NCBI GenBank assembly: GCA_005223125.1 | Contig: NJBH01000003.1 | Span: forward strand, 1-64,000 | DNA from: Promethearchaeota archaeon Loki_b32 | GTDB lineage: Archaea; Asgardarchaeota; Lokiarchaeia; Sigyniarchaeales; SOKP01 | Direction of reading: 5' to 3' | DNA length: 64,000 nt | Shown: piece after piece, positions 60,348 through 64,000 of the stretch | Numbering within the stretch: position 1 is the first letter of the stretch | Layout of the letters: every line of letters begins with the position of its first letter | Position numbers and translations under genes: made by a program | The notes under the pieces: model-generated | The model's input: the letters and a program-made list of their open reading frames with translations, nothing else | What the model was told of the DNA's origin: nothing | Databases searched by the model: none

Positions 60348-60844
60348 TATGATTCTCCTCCTTCATATTCTGACTTTGATATCCAATTTTCATACTCATC
60401 TTCGGGAACAAAGAAAAAATCAGTCATTTTACCCACCCTATCCTTGTTAAAGACCGCCCTAACTTTTTTTCCCTTTTTTATTTTTGAAGGTACTAAATTC
60501 TCAGAAAAAATCCCTTGAAGTAATGCGGTTTCAGCACCATCAAGTTTTATAAACCCTATTCCATAAGGTATCGCTTTGATAAAGGCTGAAGTGGTATACC
60601 ACACTATTGTGCTAACCTCTATTGTTCCAGTTTGTTTGAGTTCCACCCAATTTGCTGGTGTATAGCAATCAGAGCAGTTAATTCTAGGAGGCATCCATAT
60701 CTTTCCACATTTAGTACATTTCGTACCTAATAACTTCTTGTTATTCATTAACTCTATAAAAAACTTTGATTGACCTCCCATTGTGTATTTATACGAAATA
60801 GCAATTTTATCTCGTATTTCATGAGATAGAAATTCTTCACTCAT
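60347..60844 (-). CDS. DUF35 Zn-ribbon/OB-fold protein
   Basis: GTKCTKCG..PPRINCSDC; IKLDGAE; GKKVRAVF. Confidence 0.92.
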   Translation of the reverse strand: MSEEFLSHEIRDKIAISYKYTMGGQSKFFIELMNNKKLLGTKCTKCGKIWMPPRINCSDCYTPANWVELKQTGTIEVSTIVWYTTSAFIKAIPYGIGFIKLDGAETALLQGIFSENLVPSKIKKGKKVRAVFNKDRVGKMTDFFFVPEDEYENWISKSEYEGGES

Positions 60845-62097
60845 GTTTGTTTCAACCCCTCCTCATTTGCCATTACAATAACTGCGGCATATGCTGCTCC
60901 CGGTCCTCCTATAGAATGCGAAATAGCTCGCCCCTTTTCAATTGTTACTTGATGTTTTCCTGCTTCTCCTCTTAATTGAAGAGCAGCCTCTCCCGTACTC
61001 ATTATCCCAGTTGCACCAACAGCATGTCCACAACCTATTAACCCCCCAGAAGGACAGCAGGGTAATTCCCCTTCAATCCAGGGTCCCTCTCCTGATTTTT
61101 CAAAAGTTTTTTCAATCCAAGAACCACCCTCTCCAAAAGGAACAAACCCAAGCTCCTCATAGGAAATAACTTCCTGTCCTGAGAATGCATCGTGTAATTC
61201 TGCTAAATCTATTAGGCTTTTTATTCTATTATAATCTAGTCCTGCCATTTTATAGGCAGCTTTTGCTGCATATATATTTGAATAAAGTCTTCCCATATCT
61301 TCTCTGTTTCCTATAAAACAATCAGTATTTGCTGCTGCTACCCCAGTAATCCAAACTGGCTTTTCAATCTTTAATTCTCTTACTTTTTCTTCACTTGCTA
61401 GAATCAACGCCGCAGACGCTTCTGAATATAAACAACAATCCAACATTTTGAATGGATAGCAGATTATTCTTGAATTCATGACATCCTCAACGGTTATTTT
61501 CATTGGAGATTGTGCTTTTGGATTATTCATAGCATTTCCATGATTTTTAACACTAACGTAAGCCATTTGTTCCTCCGTTGGATTTCCAAATTCTTCATAA
61601 TGCGCATTTACCATCGACACATAAGAACTCGCTGCCATCATGCCCATAGGGTATTCATATGTCATATCCGCGGAATATGCTATTGCATTTAAAACTTCAG
61701 GTGTAGTAACTCCAGTTTGTTCATCGTAACAGTCATTACATTTTTCAAGACCTATGCATAAACATAAATCTGACAATCCTGAAGCAACTTCTGCATATGC
61801 CATCCTTACTGTGTATCCTCCTGTAGCACCCCCTGTTGCAATACGCGTTCCAGGTTTGTTATTCATCCCAAGATAACTATTTGTAAAAATATCTGGCATA
61901 AATTGCCGTTCAAACAATTCGTTATAGATTCCATAAACGGTTGATTGAATGTTTTTATGAGATATATCAGCTCCATTTTTATTAGCATCTTCTAAGGCAA
62001 GTTTAGTTGCATCATAAGCAAGCTCAAAATAAGTTTTATCTAAATACCTTGCCTTAAAAGGAGTAATTCCAATTCCTATTATTGCTACTTTTTGCAT
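60841..62097 (-). CDS. SCPx-type thiolase-fold protein lacking the nucleophilic Cys
   Basis: ATGGATGG; SVKNH; ELHDAF; GHAVGATG. Confidence 0.9.
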   Translation of the reverse strand: MQKVAIIGIGITPFKARYLDKTYFELAYDATKLALEDANKNGADISHKNIQSTVYGIYNELFERQFMPDIFTNSYLGMNNKPGTRIATGGATGGYTVRMAYAEVASGLSDLCLCIGLEKCNDCYDEQTGVTTPEVLNAIAYSADMTYEYPMGMMAASSYVSMVNAHYEEFGNPTEEQMAYVSVKNHGNAMNNPKAQSPMKITVEDVMNSRIICYPFKMLDCCLYSEASAALILASEEKVRELKIEKPVWITGVAAANTDCFIGNREDMGRLYSNIYAAKAAYKMAGLDYNRIKSLIDLAELHDAFSGQEVISYEELGFVPFGEGGSWIEKTFEKSGEGPWIEGELPCCPSGGLIGCGHAVGATGIMSTGEAALQLRGEAGKHQVTIEKGRAISHSIGGPGAAYAAVIVMANEEGLKQT

Positions 62098-62268
62098 ATT
62101 TTACCACTTTTGAAATTTTCTTTTTATTATTTTTAAGGAATAATTATTGATTCATTTTTATTTTAATTAATTATGAAAAAAGTATGAATTGATTCTAAAA
62201 AATTAAATAGGTTAAAAACCAAAATTAATTTAAATACACTTTTTGTGTAAAACTATTAGGGATGAAAT

Positions 62269-62955
62269 TTGCTTAATCGTATAGATCTCAATGGATTCAA
62301 AAAAGTTCAAAAGGAGTATAAAAAAGACCGCTCCAAATGTAAAAAAACATTAGAGGTTAAAGGAAGATGGAGATTAGATGTTGAATATGGTCCACAATTT
62401 GAGACTAAACTAAAAACAGAAAGAGCCGGGGAAATTACGGTACAAACTGATGAAACGATTATCCTTGGAGGAGGAGGAACTGCAGTACATCCTGTTCATT
62501 ATTGCATGGCAGGTTTTTGTGGATGTTTCTCTGCAGCTTTTGCTAAATGGGCTGCAATGGCAGGAATTGAGTTAAGAAAACTTGATATTAGAATAGTTGC
62601 AGATATTGACTTAACCACAGGATTTGGGATTGAGGATGGTATTGATGCCGTGGACAACTATAAACTTGAAATATTTGTTGAGAGTGACGCACCTATAGAA
62701 AAATTAAATGAGGTTCTAGAGGCTACTAAAAAAAGGTGTTTTTGCATGTATTGTATTACGACACCAATAGTTCCTAATATAGATATGATTGTAGAAATTC
62801 CAAAGGAAAAGATGGAAGAAGCTCTTTTTATTTGTCCTACATGCTTCAATAAAACATTGGTCTTTTTAGATGATAATACACAAAAGTGCAAGAATTGTGG
62901 TACTACTGGCTACTTTACTAAACAGCCCGAACCAGAAAAAGTATCTCAAAAATAA
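62269..62955 (+). CDS. OsmC-family protein with C-terminal Zn ribbon
   Basis: DE..LGGGG...P..Y..AG..GC; KRC; tail CPTC..CKNCG. Confidence 0.8.
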   Translation: MLNRIDLNGFKKVQKEYKKDRSKCKKTLEVKGRWRLDVEYGPQFETKLKTERAGEITVQTDETIILGGGGTAVHPVHYCMAGFCGCFSAAFAKWAAMAGIELRKLDIRIVADIDLTTGFGIEDGIDAVDNYKLEIFVESDAPIEKLNEVLEATKKRCFCMYCITTPIVPNIDMIVEIPKEKMEEALFICPTCFNKTLVFLDDNTQKCKNCGTTGYFTKQPEPEKVSQK

Positions 62956-63033
62956 AAATTATATGGAAAAAAATAATTGTATATAATAAAAACCATACAT
63001 AAAAGTAAAAAAGTAATTTTAAAATTTTAGAGG

Positions 63034-63252
63034 TTGAATTTAATGACAGAAGAATGGCCATATGTTTCTGATAAAGATCAATATGTAAAGACTTTAGAAA
63101 AGGATTTAAAGAAGATTAAAAGTCAATTATACCAGACTCTATTAAACGCAAATAAAACTGTAATCCAAAACCAAAAACTACAAGAGCAATTAAATCAATA
63201 TCAAATTGAAAACTCTAAATTAAAGACTCAGATTAAAGATTTAACTAAATAA
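63034..63252 (+). CDS. Small coiled-coil protein
   Basis: 72-aa heptad-rich ORF with GAGG upstream. Confidence 0.6.
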   Translation: MNLMTEEWPYVSDKDQYVKTLEKDLKKIKSQLYQTLLNANKTVIQNQKLQEQLNQYQIENSKLKTQIKDLTK

Positions 63253-63342
63253 ATTAAAAAACGAATTATCAAAATTATAGAAGAAAAATTTGAAATTATT
63301 AGTATATTAAACTAAAATTGAAAAAGTGATGTAAGTTTGAGT

Positions 63343-64000
63343 ATGGAAAAGGGTGAAATATTAGAGGAAAAAAAAGTAATAGAAAATTATGTTGAATCAA
63401 TTTACGTTTATGACAACGCTGGAGTTTGCTTGACAAGTTGCGGAATTAAACCTGAAAATTTGGATGAACATATCGTGTCTGGATTTTTCACAGCAATTAA
63501 GAAATTTGGTCAAAAATTAATTCCTGGAACTGTTGTTAAATCCTTAATAATGAGTGGTCATAAATTATTTTATAATAATTTCGAAAATATTACTTTTTGT
63601 ATTCAATGTTATGACGATCTGCCAAATCAAGTAATTGATTATATTCTAAACAGGATATCAAATCAATTTCTGGAAATTTATCAAGAACGTCTCCCAATAC
63701 GCGATGGAAATATAAGCATCTTCTCAGATTTTAGCACATATTTATCGCAGTTTATGGAACAACCGCTAATTGAAGGTTTATTAGAAGATTTTGGGTATAA
63801 AGTATTATCCGAAGGTGTGATTTTATTTGATGAAATCCGAGAAAAAATTCTTTTTGCAAAAGTTCCAGAAGAATATTCGTCAAGAAAACAAATAGCTATG
63901 AGCGGAATGTTAATTAATTTTGCTAAAAAACTATCAAATGAATATCAAGGTGGAGATGTAAACAGTATATTAATTTCTTCTGAGAATCGGTGGATTTGTA
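63343..64000 (+). CDS. Longin/roadblock-like tandem-domain protein (partial, runs off the right edge)
   Basis: Not in the ORF track. Manual translation MEKGE..ESIYVYDNAGVCL..DEHIVSGFFTAIKKFGQ..ILNRISNQFLEIY, then a second similar unit (GVILFD..SGMLINFAKKL); open to the end of the window. Confidence 0.7.
   Translation, partial: MEKGEILEEKKVIENYVESIYVYDNAGVCLTSCGIKPENLDEHIVSGFFTAIKKFGQKLIPGTVVKSLIMSGHKLFYNNFENITFCIQCYDDLPNQVIDYILNRISNQFLEIYQERLPIRDGNISIFSDFSTYLSQFMEQPLIEGLLEDFGYKVLSEGVILFDEIREKILFAKVPEEYSSRKQIAMSGMLINFAKKLSNEYQGGDVNSILISSENRWIC

Noticed and set aside
276-62891. Many short antisense or overlapping ORFs in the track (e.g. 276-482, 6045-6395, 14682-14990, 31456-31812, 54831-55025)
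   Set aside because: They are shadows of well-supported genes, with no motifs of their own.
1-64000. CRISPR arrays, tRNA/rRNA genes, selenoprotein (in-frame TGA) genes, DGR or retron elements
   Set aside because: No spaced repeats, GC-rich structural RNA blocks, TGA-interrupted redox ORFs or reverse transcriptase were seen by eye. tRNAscan/Infernal would be needed to exclude small RNAs.

Overview
Very AT-rich archaeal window, probably from an Asgard archaeon (Lokiarchaeia-like). This is inferred from the archaeal/eukaryal-type GlyRS, a longin-like protein, TPR and 7TM proteins, and GGAGG/GAGGTGA ribosome-binding sites inside operons. 1-18.6 kb holds mixed housekeeping and surface genes. 18.7-44.5 kb and 60-62.1 kb form a large lipid-catabolic locus. 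It has six thiolase-fold proteins, all lacking the nucleophilic Cys and matched 1:1 by six DUF35 Zn-ribbon/OB-fold proteins; two of the cassettes resemble the actinobacterial Ltp3/Ltp4 sterol side-chain retro-aldolase. It also has two IVD-type acyl-CoA dehydrogenases, two enoyl-CoA hydratases, a CoA ligase, FadH, a BKACE, Fe-ADH plus AOR, two SCP2 proteins and a CrtI/RetSat-like flavoprotein with an FNR-2Fe2S partner. No 3-hydroxyacyl-CoA dehydrogenase is recognisable. The best candidate for an undescribed system is a retro-aldol-based pathway for branched (isoprenoid or sterol-like) lipids. The locus is interrupted at about 44.5-59.6 kb by an amino-acid island: a diverged duplication (threonine aldolase plus polar amino-acid ABC genes) with reciprocal pseudogenisation, and two different IS elements, both bounded by TTAA, one with a -1 frameshift site. 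All functional calls come from motif recognition by eye, not database searches.
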